From positions 192,001-256,000 of the forward strand of contig JAXDQS010000001.1 of assembly GCA_034667725.1 (NCBI GenBank): a DNA stretch of 64,000 bases, read 5' to 3'. A program made the translations under genes and the position numbers. Below are positions 10,301-19,100 of the stretch, piece after piece. This DNA is from Thermoplasmata archaeon (GTDB lineage: Archaea; Thermoplasmatota; E2; JACPAO01; JAHFTW01). The notes beneath the pieces are model-generated. The model was not told where the DNA came from. It saw only the letters and a list, made by a program, of their open reading frames with translations, and searched no databases. Within the stretch, counting starts at the first letter, position 1. Each line of letters opens with the position of its first letter.

Positions 10301-10980
10301 TCACCATCCCCGAGGCCGCCCGCGACGCCGCCAAGGGCCTGCAGGTCTGGCGCGCCGAGGAGTGCGACGACGCCAACTACGTGCTCGTCAACACCTACGA
10401 CGCCGACGACAGCGTGTTCGAGGACGGCCGCTTCGAGGAGCCCGGCGCCACCACCGACTGCTACAAGGTCACGCTGTTCACCAAGGACAGCCAGGACTCC
10501 GCGCTCGGCCCCAAGGCCAACGCCAGCGACATCGAGCGGTTCGCCGAGCTCGACTCCGCCTCCGCCAGCGACGGCGGCATCGGCACCGGCATGTGGCTGA
10601 TGATCGGCGGCGGCGTTCTCCTGGCCATCCTGCTCGCGGCCCTGCTGGTCTTCCTGGTCCGCCGCCGTGGCGGCGGCCAGCAGACCCTGCCGCCCGAGGA
10701 GACGGCCGAGGGCGGCGAGGCCGGCGAGGGCTGGAGCGAGGTCCCGGAGGAGGGCGCGGCCGAGTCCGTCGCCCCCGCCGCGGACACCTGGTCCGAGCCC
10801 GCGCCCGCCGAGGCCGAGCCCGAGGCGCCGTTGGCCGCGCCGCCCGCCGCCGCGGCGACGACGGCCGCCACGACGCACTACGTGACCTGCCCGCGCTGCA
10901 GCTCGCCGTTCAGCGCCGTCGGCGTCAAGCCGCTCGCCATCCAATGCCCGAGCTGCGGCGTGCGCGGCACGCTGAAATAA
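4351..10980 (+). CDS. Giant cell-surface protein paralogue 1: Ig-like repeats, 3 FN3 domains, TM, cytoplasmic zinc ribbon
   Basis: The ORF is open from 4261; ATG 4351 gives a signal peptide (MPSTSRARTSFILALLLVAGALPALPVATAA). Repeated D.D.(N/D)G.(I/L/V)D and FSE.V motifs. FN3-like LTWTAPDD, LVWDAPGDDG, LEWRAPGDDG. TM MWLMIGGGVLLAILLAALLVFLV-RRR, then an acidic linker and CPRC-x15-CPSC. Confidence 0.9.
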   Translation: MPSTSRARTSFILALLLVAGALPALPVATAAAPVVTSANLLDEDNNGHLDAVLLTFDQAIRSDSVRPSDWTLGSAVARSVERQSSTQFKLFFQEALALDGNSNAINIAYTREADQPLENLATPFEDFTASTVPASAKKDMAKPILMAAYAVEATNYIVAVFSEAVTDNAGAILTHDEFVLTAGGAGAPAIDTTVAVTALGSPARVFRIPLNAAWTTAQLAHATKPTLAISGTNLVKDLATPANNNPTGMAAVPVGAPFIERVMANPGDDLVVVEFNGPVADSTGTAPLPATSSGDLTLRFQEGSGGGAIVTTDMVNPVFSDRVQLRVDAPLRPADFAAGTISKIVAQTDKVFAWKGASSVASYKVPAGAAGNLADADVYTNPYPTRLETVDRDLNGCIDAIQMTWNDDILDASLAASTGWVVVFPKKASGTPLPTTPPAPGIVGATLVSAITGAGVSPTLSPGVDDRVTFLTFTETDAATGCDLSLPAPLVGSTGPAGVRLLPRVSHCDGLDSGCTGLSPTDRAGRGIGASRGAFNDAGVLFRLPVIDSARPVLMTAATRDLPSSPDGQVDQILLSFSEPMKLGTLKQAQWNVRVPANQAQCPVPASTAYTVTSVGSASGTSGDTESLLLLGIQPSGTPDTGCILDIAYGTTPNALESSNGQVLPAIPANSLILTTATATAGGANSITAAATNFATAGALTGMRVDVSRAGTPLGSFTVTGVAGTTLTFSPAVAAASAPIAAGDVATVYRERDGAGPVLLDGRLVGAVGSRFATATFSEAVLGVNGNAVTNTDLTYKNNGAGGASGISCVATPSYTSGTCTPDPAVTTNPAQLSLTLNAVLAGGDVGTGKDCVQIVNYIPDENSLNPANPGVRDAAGNVGQPLEPSGPCRIFSTGGTVATVLAIETLDTSNPPNGAIDAIRVTFTGPVNDDFTDGVAKWKVKFGTTTATINTVQSGGNCGGSTLTPDVANDAVVFLCIAELTDTSDPANPLIPNTGALPLVSYSGTLLAGATDGLPVATFTDRAATDAALPVLITVRGGAGRNTVELRFSEDVVDATTKGPLKASNFLYSNGNGGSSTCSSGASNIVDVLPVTGFNDRFTGVLNTPAGQPGLHYDDIVGCPTVASRDEVRALASSIIEKVGLRAMTDSTPRDIQDIFGPDILSARFIDAPAQAGAVTGADGTIDAVEVRFREYVSDAAAAFGTSATVTGQWAVKVNDGSLKTLKVKAVVSSQNGVLGDSCTDTQARPLILWPGEVQPPTSGPSSVNGVDDDTLFLCLENTVGVSTQGTLGLGTGMVGTLSYAAANPTARIKDRSGNGFADITLGSARTVTDGARPVVLNTCRPEVTPALRCTGVSPESADLDNDGLVDALRVVLSEPVKDDTYKQVEWDLGSGFAITGMDTGVTVDDATIFLKFNEGATPDTGRGRASQPGLPDLTFSSTGTMADRAGNRIRAVQSGACGAATDTHCADERDGVEPVVVRSQAEVGSDLVTIALSEPVQGTGPVASGRPITTSDIAYQNKAGAGDGATGIVAISHVAGESVLTIKLDKKVTEFDRLNDRFVFVTGSIKEAQCTVSATTPSCYRQLAMTRLFVPIAFAGGADPKPAAIDDLDAPAEDVTATSVRLTWTAPDDTDLASYQIYFCECSFAGTIPTGALTPPTSVVIPTPDPGEAQEVVITGLTTGKTYNFVIRAIDNSGNTAELSNVATALVEAPDTEAPDMVLALQDLAASTPLGSVALVWDAPGDDGDQGTVAGYRIAVADRPIAASDFEDFETTDYSLNPAGLADAGDTQRATIFGLIPGDEVFVYILAYDDASPPNESPLSGAVRATVGGTTTDLADPGPITDLTATAATDSTVELEWRAPGDDGLSGGPVTGYDVYYSTAPFASSTRPSVPRASDVTLSPRTPTAAGLSQRATVGGLESDTVYYFMVLARDDATKTSASNVVNRATLPGVGELTIDDLFAANKELNENLEVTHEDGINIVSFTIPEAARDAAKGLQVWRAEECDDANYVLVNTYDADDSVFEDGRFEEPGATTDCYKVTLFTKDSQDSALGPKANASDIERFAELDSASASDGGIGTGMWLMIGGGVLLAILLAALLVFLVRRRGGGQQTLPPEETAEGGEAGEGWSEVPEEGAAESVAPAADTWSEPAPAEAEPEAPLAAPPAAAATTAATTHYVTCPRCSSPFSAVGVKPLAIQCPSCGVRGTLK

Positions 10981-10988
10981 CCCATCCT

Positions 10989-11176
10989 GCCGAGCCGGGG
11001 GCCGCCGCGCGCGTGAGCGCGCAGGACCGAGCACGCCCGCCTGCGCGAGCATCGCGAGCGCACGGGCCGAGGGCGCGGCCCCCTCGCCGTGGGGGCGCAG
11101 GGGGCGAAGCCCCCGCGCAGGCGGAACGAACCGCAGTTCGTTCCGAGCCGAACCTGTTCCTTGTCGTTTTAAATAC
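10989..11176 (+). repeat. Structured intergenic repeat, copy 1 (runs into the TATA box of the next gene)
   Basis: Aligns with 15883-16077 (direct) and 20878-21040 (inverted). Hairpins: GCGCGC-GTGA-GCGCGC, GGGGC-GAA-GCCCC, CGGAACGAAC-n4-GTTCGTTCCG. Confidence 0.9.
11167..11176 (+). promoter_or_regulatory. Archaeal TATA box
   Basis: TTTTAAATAC in an otherwise very GC-rich context, upstream of ATG 11250. An identical 10-mer occurs at 16068. Confidence 0.7.
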
Positions 11177-11249
11177 TTCCCGGGATGGAGCGGACCAAGC
11201 ACCGGACGCCGGACCTTAGGGCCCGGCTTCCGCCCGCAGGTTGATCCCC

Positions 11250-14200
11250 ATGGCCGCCGGTCCCTCCTCTAAACCTCACGCCTTCCGCAGCGTCGCCGTC
11301 TTGACGGCGCTCCTGGTGGCCGTCCTGGCGCCGCTGATTCCGCAGGCTGTCGCCGACGGGACCAGCCTCAGCATCGCGGTCGGTCCCCACTTCGAGATCG
11401 ACACCTCGAGCCCGACGTTCCAGGGCTGCCCCGGGTCGGACGCGACCAGCCCGCAGCTGCGCGCGCGCCCCGACGACGCGGTCGTGCAGACGCGGACGGT
11501 CCGCGTCTTCAACGGCGCCGCCGCCACGCAGACGCAGGTGACGTTCCGCTACACGGTGGCGGGCCCCGGCGCGCCGCCGGTGGACCGCTCCCTGACCTGG
11601 GACGAGGAAGGCTCCTCGGCGGCGGGCTGGACCGTGCAGGCCATCAACACCGGCAGCACGGCGGGCTCCTTCCGGGACCTGGTGTTCAACTCCGGCTCGC
11701 TGGTCCCCGGCGCCGCCGACTTCACCATCGCGTTCCGCGTCCCCACCACCGCCGTCGGCGACGCCGGCACCGCCACGCCTGACCTGTACCCCATCAACGT
11801 GCGCACGGCCGGCGGCGGCGACTTCGAGTCCACCCCGCAGCCGACCAGCTTCTGCATCCGCGTCGACAACAAGGCGCCCAAGCTCACGGACGCCGTCACC
11901 CGCGACACCGACGCCGACGGCCGCATCGACGCCTACGTCCTCACCTTCGACGAGCCCATGGACACGGCGGCCTCCGCCGCGCAGTTCGAGGTCAAGAGCG
12001 TGACCGACCCCAGCCCCTACCAGCCGCTGGGCTTCCGCGCCTCGCACACCTTCCGCCCCGGCGCCGGCACCAACCTGGGCGAGAAGACCGACGCGCTGCT
12101 GGACCGCCAGGCCGTCCTCAACCTCGCGCCCGGCTACTCCTACGACACCGGCGAGAAGCCGGACGTCACGTACCCGAAGGGCGGCGCCGTCGGCGTCATC
12201 CAGGACCAGGCCGGCAACAAGCTGGGCAAGATCGTCACCTCCGACGTCTCGGAGCGCGACGGCGCCAAGCCGGTGCTGGTGAGCGCCTACGGCTTCGACG
12301 GCGCCACCAACATCATCCTCACCTTCAGCGAGAAGGTCTCGGGCTCGCGCGCCGACAAGAACCTCGCCCTCGCGGACCTGTTCTACGAGGACTCGCTGCA
12401 GACCAAGAACTGCATCGGCGCCACCGACGGCGTCTCGGCCGAGCTGGGCGAGCCCAAGCCGAGCCCCGCGCCCGCGCCCGCGACCACCTTCATCATCCCG
12501 GTGCTCACGAGCCGCGCCGGCGCCGGCTGCACCAGCGTCCGCGTCGGCGACGGCGACTCGCACCCGTCCGCCGGCGACCGCATCAAGTTCTTCGACACTG
12601 GAAACTCGTGCGTCGGCCGCGACTTCGACCCGTGCGGCGCGCCCGTGTACGACGTGGCCAGCCTGCACGCCGTCCCCGCCCGCAACGCGCCGGTCGTCGT
12701 GACCGGGCCGTTTGTGAAGGAGGCCGAGGTCAACATCGACTCGTTCCAGTTGACGCTGCGCTTCAACGGCCCTGTCAGCTCGGCCCGCGGCGAGGACCAG
12801 CCCATCCGGCTGGAGGACCTCGACGTGGTGGCGGCCGACGGCACCGGCCAAGGCCCCGGCGGCATCGTCAACGTGCTGCACCGCCCCGGCTCCGACAAGG
12901 CCATCATCACCCTCGACCGCCGCACCCGCCCGACCGACGTGGACGACACGCCGGCGCGCATCAACATCCAGTGCAACGCGATCAAGGGCACCGGCCTGCC
13001 CAGCTTCGTCCCGTGCGGCGACCCGGACAACGACCGCTCGCCCGACGTCAACATGGTGGACCACACCCCGCCCGCCATCGTGGCCGCCGGCACCTACGAC
13101 GGCAACCGCGACGGCTACATCGACGGCGTCAGCCTGCTGTTCAACGAGCCGGTCGACGACGCCACCTTCTGCATCCAGAAGAACGTCGGCGTCCAGCCGC
13201 GCACCATCGCGCACGACTTCGGCGCCACCCCGGACAACATCTGCAACAACCTGGACATCCTGGAGATCGCGTCCATCCCTGGCCCCTACACCTTCGACAC
13301 CGACAAGGTCCAGAACGACGCGCAGGGCATCATCAAGTTCCCGCAGCGCGCCCCGCCGACCTTCAAGCCGGACACCAGCGAATACCTGCCCTACTCGATC
13401 AAGACCACCGGCGACGGCCTGTTCGCCGACCTGGCCCACCCCGAGCCGCCGACGCCCGGCGTCGAGCCGTGGCAGACCGCGAACCTGATGCTGCGCATCT
13501 CGAAGGACCCGGTCACCTGCCCCGACCCGAACATCCCGTGCGCCACCACGCTCACGGTCGCCGACTGGGCCCCGCCCGTCGTGCTGTCCGCCCAGACCGT
13601 GGACACCAAGCCCGCCGTCAAGCCCTCGGACATCGGCGCCCTCGGCTCCGACCCCGTGCCCGACCTCGAAGGCGACGGCTTCCTCGACGGCTACCGCGTC
13701 ACCTTCTCGGAGCGCATCGACGACACCTCGTTCAACGCCGCCGAGTGGCAGGTCGCGGGCTACAAGGTCACCGGGATGCGCACCTACGAGCCGCACGTCA
13801 CCAAGAAGGCCGACCAGAAGGCCCTCAGCAACGACACGGTCATCACCATCCAGTTCGAGCCCAGCAAGGTGGCCGACACCGACGCGCGCCCCGAGCTGCA
13901 CTACCTCGGCTCGACCCAGGCCCGCGCCGGCCTCGACGACCTCGTCGGCAACCGCCTGCTGCCCTTCGGCTCCATCGGCGTCAACGAGGCGGACGACGCC
14001 GGACCCGTCATCGTCGGCATCGCCGCCATCGCGGGCCGCGCCGACGTGACGCTGCTGTTCAGCGAGCCCGTCGACGACGGCAGCCACGGCGCCTTGTCGC
14101 GCCGCGCCCTCCAGTACGGCAACGTCAACGCCAACAAGGTCGCCGAGAGCGCCGCCTCCGGCATGGCCGACCAGGACGCCGTGGTGCACAAGCCGGCCAC

Positions 14201-15788
14201 GCGCTCGGTCGTGATCACCCTCAATGCCCCGCTGAGCACCGGCGACATCAACGACGACACCATCGCGGCCCAGCCGAACTCGGTGTTCGAGACCTCGCCG
14301 ACGGTGCAGGCCAAGAAGGTCGCGTCCTACAAGCCGCACGGCATGGACTTCGCCCGCGACGGCGTGCCCCCGGGCAACGTCACCGCCTCGGTCGTCGCCC
14401 CGCTCATCACCGCCAACTCGGTGACGCTGCAGTGGACCGCGCCCGGCAACGACGGCACCTCGACCCTGCCGGCCCCCGCCCGCGACGGCAAGACCTACGC
14501 CAACGTCACCGGCTACCTCGTCAAGGTGTCCTCCGAGCCCATCACGCCGGAGAACTTCCTGTCGCCGGCCGCCCCGGGCACCATCGCCTTCGGCTACTCC
14601 GACGCCGCCGCCAAGCCGTTCACCGACGGCTCGCGCAACGAGATGGAGCTGGACGACCTGGTCGCCGTGTTCAACCCGGACCTCGGCGCGCTCGCCGGCC
14701 CCGGTGTCATGCAGCAGGTGACGGTGCGCGGCCTGAAGTCCAACACGCTGTACTACTTCGCCGTGGCCGCGTTCGACGACTCCGCCCCCGAGCCCCAGCT
14801 TGGCGGCATCGGCACCGGCACGGTCAGCGCCACCACGGCCGTCGACCCGACGCCGCCCATCGGCACCCCGGTCATCACCTCGAGCACGCACCGCCCCGAC
14901 GTCACCCGCCCCAGCAACAGCAAGACCGCGATTTTCGACTGGACGCCGGCGCGCGACGACGAGTCGCTGGTCACCTACCACACCGCGGTCAACCACGACC
15001 CCGGCTACGTCGCCACCGCGACCGACGAGATGACCACCCGCCTCAGCAAGGAGGTCGTCGTGTCCACCGAGGGCGTCTGGACCTTCCACGTCGCCGCGTG
15101 CAGCGGCGGCGGCTGCGGCGCCACCGGCCACTACAACTTCGGCGTCGGCTACTCGCCGCTCGACAAGCAGGAGATCCGGGTCGCCAACCAGTACGTCAAC
15201 TTCACGGCCGTCCGCGACGACAAGGCGAAGTCCACCACCATCACGTGGGAGCTGCCGCCCGAGGAGTTCCTGCCGTCGCGCGCCAACCTGGAGGCCGTCG
15301 TGGTGTACCGCCTCGACTGCGAGCCCAGCGCCGGCTGCAAGCCCACCGAGGTCCAGCGCGTCAACGGCGACTACACCAACCTCAAGACCGGCTCGGTCAC
15401 GGACACCTCCGACAAGGCGACGCTGGCGTCGGCCTACCGCGTCGACATGGTGTTCGCCTCCGGCCAGGAGCAGGCCGAATCCCTCAGCGGCTTCTCCAAG
15501 GTCCGCGACGTCACCCCGGCCGAGTCCAACCTGATGTGGATCCTCATCGCCATCGGCGCCGTCGTGCTCCTGGCCATCGTGGGCTTCGTCGTGTACGCCA
15601 TGCGCCGCAAGGGCCCCGGCGCCGCCGAGGCCTGGACCGAGGACCAGCCGGCCGGCACCGACCCGACCAGCGGCCTGCCGGCGCACGACGTCCGCTGCCC
15701 GAGCTGCCAGACGGCGTTCCAGGCGGTGGGCACGCTGCCGTTGCAGATCACCTGCCCCAACTGCGGCGTCGGTGGCCTGCTCCAGTAA
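11250..15788 (+). CDS. Giant cell-surface protein paralogue 2: Ig-like repeats, FN3, TM, cytoplasmic zinc ribbon
   Basis: Signal peptide MAAGPSSKPHAFRSVAVLTALLVAVLAPLIPQAVA. Motifs DTDADGRID, DGNRDGYID, DLEGDGFLD. FN3-like LQWTAPGNDG. TM LMWILIAIGAVVLLAIVGFVVYAM-RRK, then CPSC-x15-CPNC. Confidence 0.9.
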   Translation: MAAGPSSKPHAFRSVAVLTALLVAVLAPLIPQAVADGTSLSIAVGPHFEIDTSSPTFQGCPGSDATSPQLRARPDDAVVQTRTVRVFNGAAATQTQVTFRYTVAGPGAPPVDRSLTWDEEGSSAAGWTVQAINTGSTAGSFRDLVFNSGSLVPGAADFTIAFRVPTTAVGDAGTATPDLYPINVRTAGGGDFESTPQPTSFCIRVDNKAPKLTDAVTRDTDADGRIDAYVLTFDEPMDTAASAAQFEVKSVTDPSPYQPLGFRASHTFRPGAGTNLGEKTDALLDRQAVLNLAPGYSYDTGEKPDVTYPKGGAVGVIQDQAGNKLGKIVTSDVSERDGAKPVLVSAYGFDGATNIILTFSEKVSGSRADKNLALADLFYEDSLQTKNCIGATDGVSAELGEPKPSPAPAPATTFIIPVLTSRAGAGCTSVRVGDGDSHPSAGDRIKFFDTGNSCVGRDFDPCGAPVYDVASLHAVPARNAPVVVTGPFVKEAEVNIDSFQLTLRFNGPVSSARGEDQPIRLEDLDVVAADGTGQGPGGIVNVLHRPGSDKAIITLDRRTRPTDVDDTPARINIQCNAIKGTGLPSFVPCGDPDNDRSPDVNMVDHTPPAIVAAGTYDGNRDGYIDGVSLLFNEPVDDATFCIQKNVGVQPRTIAHDFGATPDNICNNLDILEIASIPGPYTFDTDKVQNDAQGIIKFPQRAPPTFKPDTSEYLPYSIKTTGDGLFADLAHPEPPTPGVEPWQTANLMLRISKDPVTCPDPNIPCATTLTVADWAPPVVLSAQTVDTKPAVKPSDIGALGSDPVPDLEGDGFLDGYRVTFSERIDDTSFNAAEWQVAGYKVTGMRTYEPHVTKKADQKALSNDTVITIQFEPSKVADTDARPELHYLGSTQARAGLDDLVGNRLLPFGSIGVNEADDAGPVIVGIAAIAGRADVTLLFSEPVDDGSHGALSRRALQYGNVNANKVAESAASGMADQDAVVHKPATRSVVITLNAPLSTGDINDDTIAAQPNSVFETSPTVQAKKVASYKPHGMDFARDGVPPGNVTASVVAPLITANSVTLQWTAPGNDGTSTLPAPARDGKTYANVTGYLVKVSSEPITPENFLSPAAPGTIAFGYSDAAAKPFTDGSRNEMELDDLVAVFNPDLGALAGPGVMQQVTVRGLKSNTLYYFAVAAFDDSAPEPQLGGIGTGTVSATTAVDPTPPIGTPVITSSTHRPDVTRPSNSKTAIFDWTPARDDESLVTYHTAVNHDPGYVATATDEMTTRLSKEVVVSTEGVWTFHVAACSGGGCGATGHYNFGVGYSPLDKQEIRVANQYVNFTAVRDDKAKSTTITWELPPEEFLPSRANLEAVVVYRLDCEPSAGCKPTEVQRVNGDYTNLKTGSVTDTSDKATLASAYRVDMVFASGQEQAESLSGFSKVRDVTPAESNLMWILIAIGAVVLLAIVGFVVYAMRRKGPGAAEAWTEDQPAGTDPTSGLPAHDVRCPSCQTAFQAVGTLPLQITCPNCGVGGLLQ

Positions 15789-15800
15789 AGCCGAGACGGC

Positions 15801-15830
15801 CCTTTTTCCTTTCCTTCTCCCTGTTTTCGT
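15801..15830 (+). terminator. Pyrimidine/T-rich putative archaeal terminator
   Basis: CCTTTTTCCTTTCCTTCTCCCTGTTTTCGT begins 12 nt after the stop at 15788. Confidence 0.45.
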
Positions 15831-15882
15831 CCCCACTGGACACAGATTCCACAGATTCGCTGGAAGCTGGCGGGTCGAGCGT

Positions 15883-16077
15883 CGAGCCGGGGGCCGCCGT
15901 GCGCGTGAGCGCACAGGACGAGCGGGCCGGCCCGTGCGAGCGAAGCGAGCGCGCCGGCGCGAGGAGCGGCCCCCAAGCCGGGGGGTCGCAGGGGCGCAGC
16001 CCCCGTTCCCAACAGGCGGGACGAACCGCGCAGCGTGTTCGTCCCGAGCCGAATCTGTTCCTTGGCGTTTTAAATAC
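15883..16077 (+). repeat. Structured intergenic repeat, copy 2 (runs into the TATA box of the next gene)
   Basis: Homologous to copy 1 with compensatory stem changes: GTGCGC-GTGA-GCGCAC and CGGGACGAAC..GTTCGTCCCG. Confidence 0.9.
16068..16077 (+). promoter_or_regulatory. Archaeal TATA box
   Basis: TTTTAAATAC about 36 nt upstream of ATG 16113. Confidence 0.7.
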
Positions 16078-16112
16078 CCCCAGGATTGGATGCCTTACCC
16101 CGCTGGTGGCGT

Positions 16113-19100
16113 ATGGTCAACCGAAAATCCGCGTCCCTCCCCTACGTGCTGGCTTTCCTGATGGTGTTCTCCATCTCGCAAGCCATCGTGCCCGAGGCGG
16201 AGGCAGGCGTCGCCCCCGCTGGCCTCATGAGCGTCTCCGTCGAGCCCAGCTTCACGACCAACGTCATCATGGTCAAGCAGGGCATCAGCGCCGAGCGCCT
16301 GGTGCGGGTGTCGCAGGGCGACCCGCTCAACCCGATGACGACCATCGAGTTCGTCTGGTTCATGCGCGACGACACTTCGACGCCGGCCTGCCGCGGCCCG
16401 CCGCGCGACCTGTGCGCCACGGCCGTCAAGTTCGACTGGATCAAGGAGACCAGCTACGCCATGCGCCCCGGCTGGAAGGTCGAGGCCGCCACCTCCACGG
16501 CCGCCAAGATCCTCCGCTTCGTCTCCGACGGCACCCAGGAGCTGCGCTCGGGCACGCCGCAGGACTTCAACGTCGCCTTCAGCCAGCGCGGCGCCGCCCA
16601 GGACGACGAGTACCACATCCAGGTCCGCGGCTACTGCGGCGCCGAGTGCCAGCCCGGGGTCGCCTTCGAGACCACCTGCGCCAGCACCCGCGCCCCCGAG
16701 TTCACCTGCATCCACACCAACCCGCCCTTCACCGGCGCCGCCCCGATCCCCGCGGCGGACTGCAACGCGCCCTGCGGCCAGCTGCCGAGCCTGGTGCTGC
16801 GCATCGACAGCGTGCCCCCGGACCCGCCGGCGGTCATCATGCAGGACATCGACCACAACGGCCACATCGACCGCTTCGTGGCGGACTTCCCCAAGAAGCT
16901 CGACGCCAAGTCGTTCGACGCCCGCCTGTTCACCCTCACCGCCCGCGGCCGCCTGTTCGGCTCCAGCCTCACGGACGCCGGCTACACCATCCAGAACGCC
17001 TACTTCGTCAACCCGGACAACCCGGTGCGCGTGGTCTTCCTGGTCAACGAGATGCCGTACTACGACACCGGCGACCAGGTCAACCTGCGCTACGCCGGCA
17101 CCAGCCTGCGCGACGAGGCCGGCAACCCGCTGCGCGGCATCAACGTCCAGGCCACCGACCGCGCCCCGCCGGTCATCGTCGCCGCCTACGGCCTCCAGGG
17201 CTACGACGGCGTCCACGTGACCTTCAGCGAGCCGGTCGTCGGCACCGGCAACGCCCAGGACCCCGCCACCGGCGTCGGCCTGCAGGACCTGCTGTTCTTC
17301 GACGACGGCGGCAGCGCCCCCGACAGCAAGGTCGGCTGCCCCGCCGCGAGCCCGTGCGTCCTGAGCATCGCCGACTCCCGCTTCGGCGCCATCACGCACC
17401 AGCCCGGCCCCCGCACCGGCCACCAGGCCACCATCAAGACCTCGATCAACCCGGTCACGAGCACGCCCTACACCTTCGGCCCCAACGACGTGCACCCGCT
17501 CAAGGGCGACATGCTCGGCGTCGCCTCCAGCGGCGCCGCCTGCGCCCCCGGCGAGGACCCGCCCTGCGACTCGAAGATCAAGGACGCGGCCGGCCTCAAG
17601 ATGTGGCACCCGCTCACGGCCCCCGCGTCCGTCCGGCACATCACCCGCCCCCTCCTGGTGCGCGCCGAGGTCGACATCGGCTCCGACGCCCTCAAGCTCT
17701 GGTTCAACGGCCCCGTGCGCGCCGCCAAGGAGCCCGGCGTCACGACGCCCCAGCCGATCTCGGTGTCCAACATGGACATCGTGACGGCGGCCGGCACCGG
17801 CGTCGGCCCCCAGGGCCTCATCGGCGACTACTTCCGCGCCGTCGACCAGGACTTCATCGTCGTCAAGCTCGACGCCAAGGCCCGCCCCACCGACGTCGAC
17901 GCGACCCCGACCTCGATCCGCCCGCACTGCAAGAAGATCGTCGGCAGCGGCCTCCCCGAGACCAACGACCAGGCGTTCCTGCCGTGCGACAACCCGGACC
18001 TGTTCTACGAGCAGGAAGCCCGCGTCAAGGGCACCGGCACCTTGGACGCCAAGGGCCGCGACCACGACCTGCCGTCGCCCGGCGCCGCCTTCGTGGACGA
18101 CACGCCGCCGCGCATCGTCCAGGTCCGCACCGTGGACACCGACCACAACGGCTGGCTCGACGGCCTCGAGCTCACCATGAGCGAGCCCGTGGACGACGTC
18201 ACGTTCTGCTCGAACGCCAACACCGCCCCCAACTTCTGCCCCGACTCCTGGACCCCGGTCGGCGGCATCTCCCAGGTCGGCCTCGTGATGATGCAGAACC
18301 TGCGCGCCACCGACGACCGCTCGCAGGAGTGCCTCGGCCTCTACCGCTGGGAGACCGGCCTGGTGGTCAACGACAACGTCGGCATCATCAAGGCCATCAA
18401 CGTCGAGCGCAGCCCCACCGGCGAGTACATCGTGACCAGCCGCGACTGCGTCGAGCGCTACTTCAACCAGGACACCGGCATCCGCATGGACACCGGCCAC
18501 CTGCCGACCTTCACCACCACGGCGCGCGGCCTGTTCGCCGACCTGTCGGTGCCGGAGAACCGGATGCCGCAGTACTGCCAGCTGCAGCGCCTCACCCACT
18601 TCCACCACCCGGACGCCGCCACCACCAAGGACTGCGGCCTCCTGGCCAGCACCAAGGCGCAGTACACCGCCCCCGTCTCCGACGGCGCCCCGCCGGTCGT
18701 CATGGCCGCCCGCACCGTGGACACGCCCGCCGTCAACAAGGACGGCATCCCGGACAAGCCCGCCGTGAACCTCTGGGGCGACGGCCGCATCGACGGCTAC
18801 CGCCTCACCATGAGCGAGTCCGTCAAGGACTCCACCTTCGACCGCCGCGACTGGCTGGTGCAGCGCCTCGGCGCCGCGCAGGCCCCGATCCACGAGGTCA
18901 ACGGCTTCCGCAGCTACGACCTCAACGAGACCCTGGGCGCGCTGCGCTCCAACGACCGCGAGCTCACGGTGCTGTTCAACCCGGACACGGTGCCCGACAC
19001 GGACGCCCGCCCCGAGCTGACCTACCGCCGCGACCCCGACAGCAAGGGCCTCGCGGACATCGTCGGCAACGTCATGGTGGACTTCGACGAGTTCGCCGTG

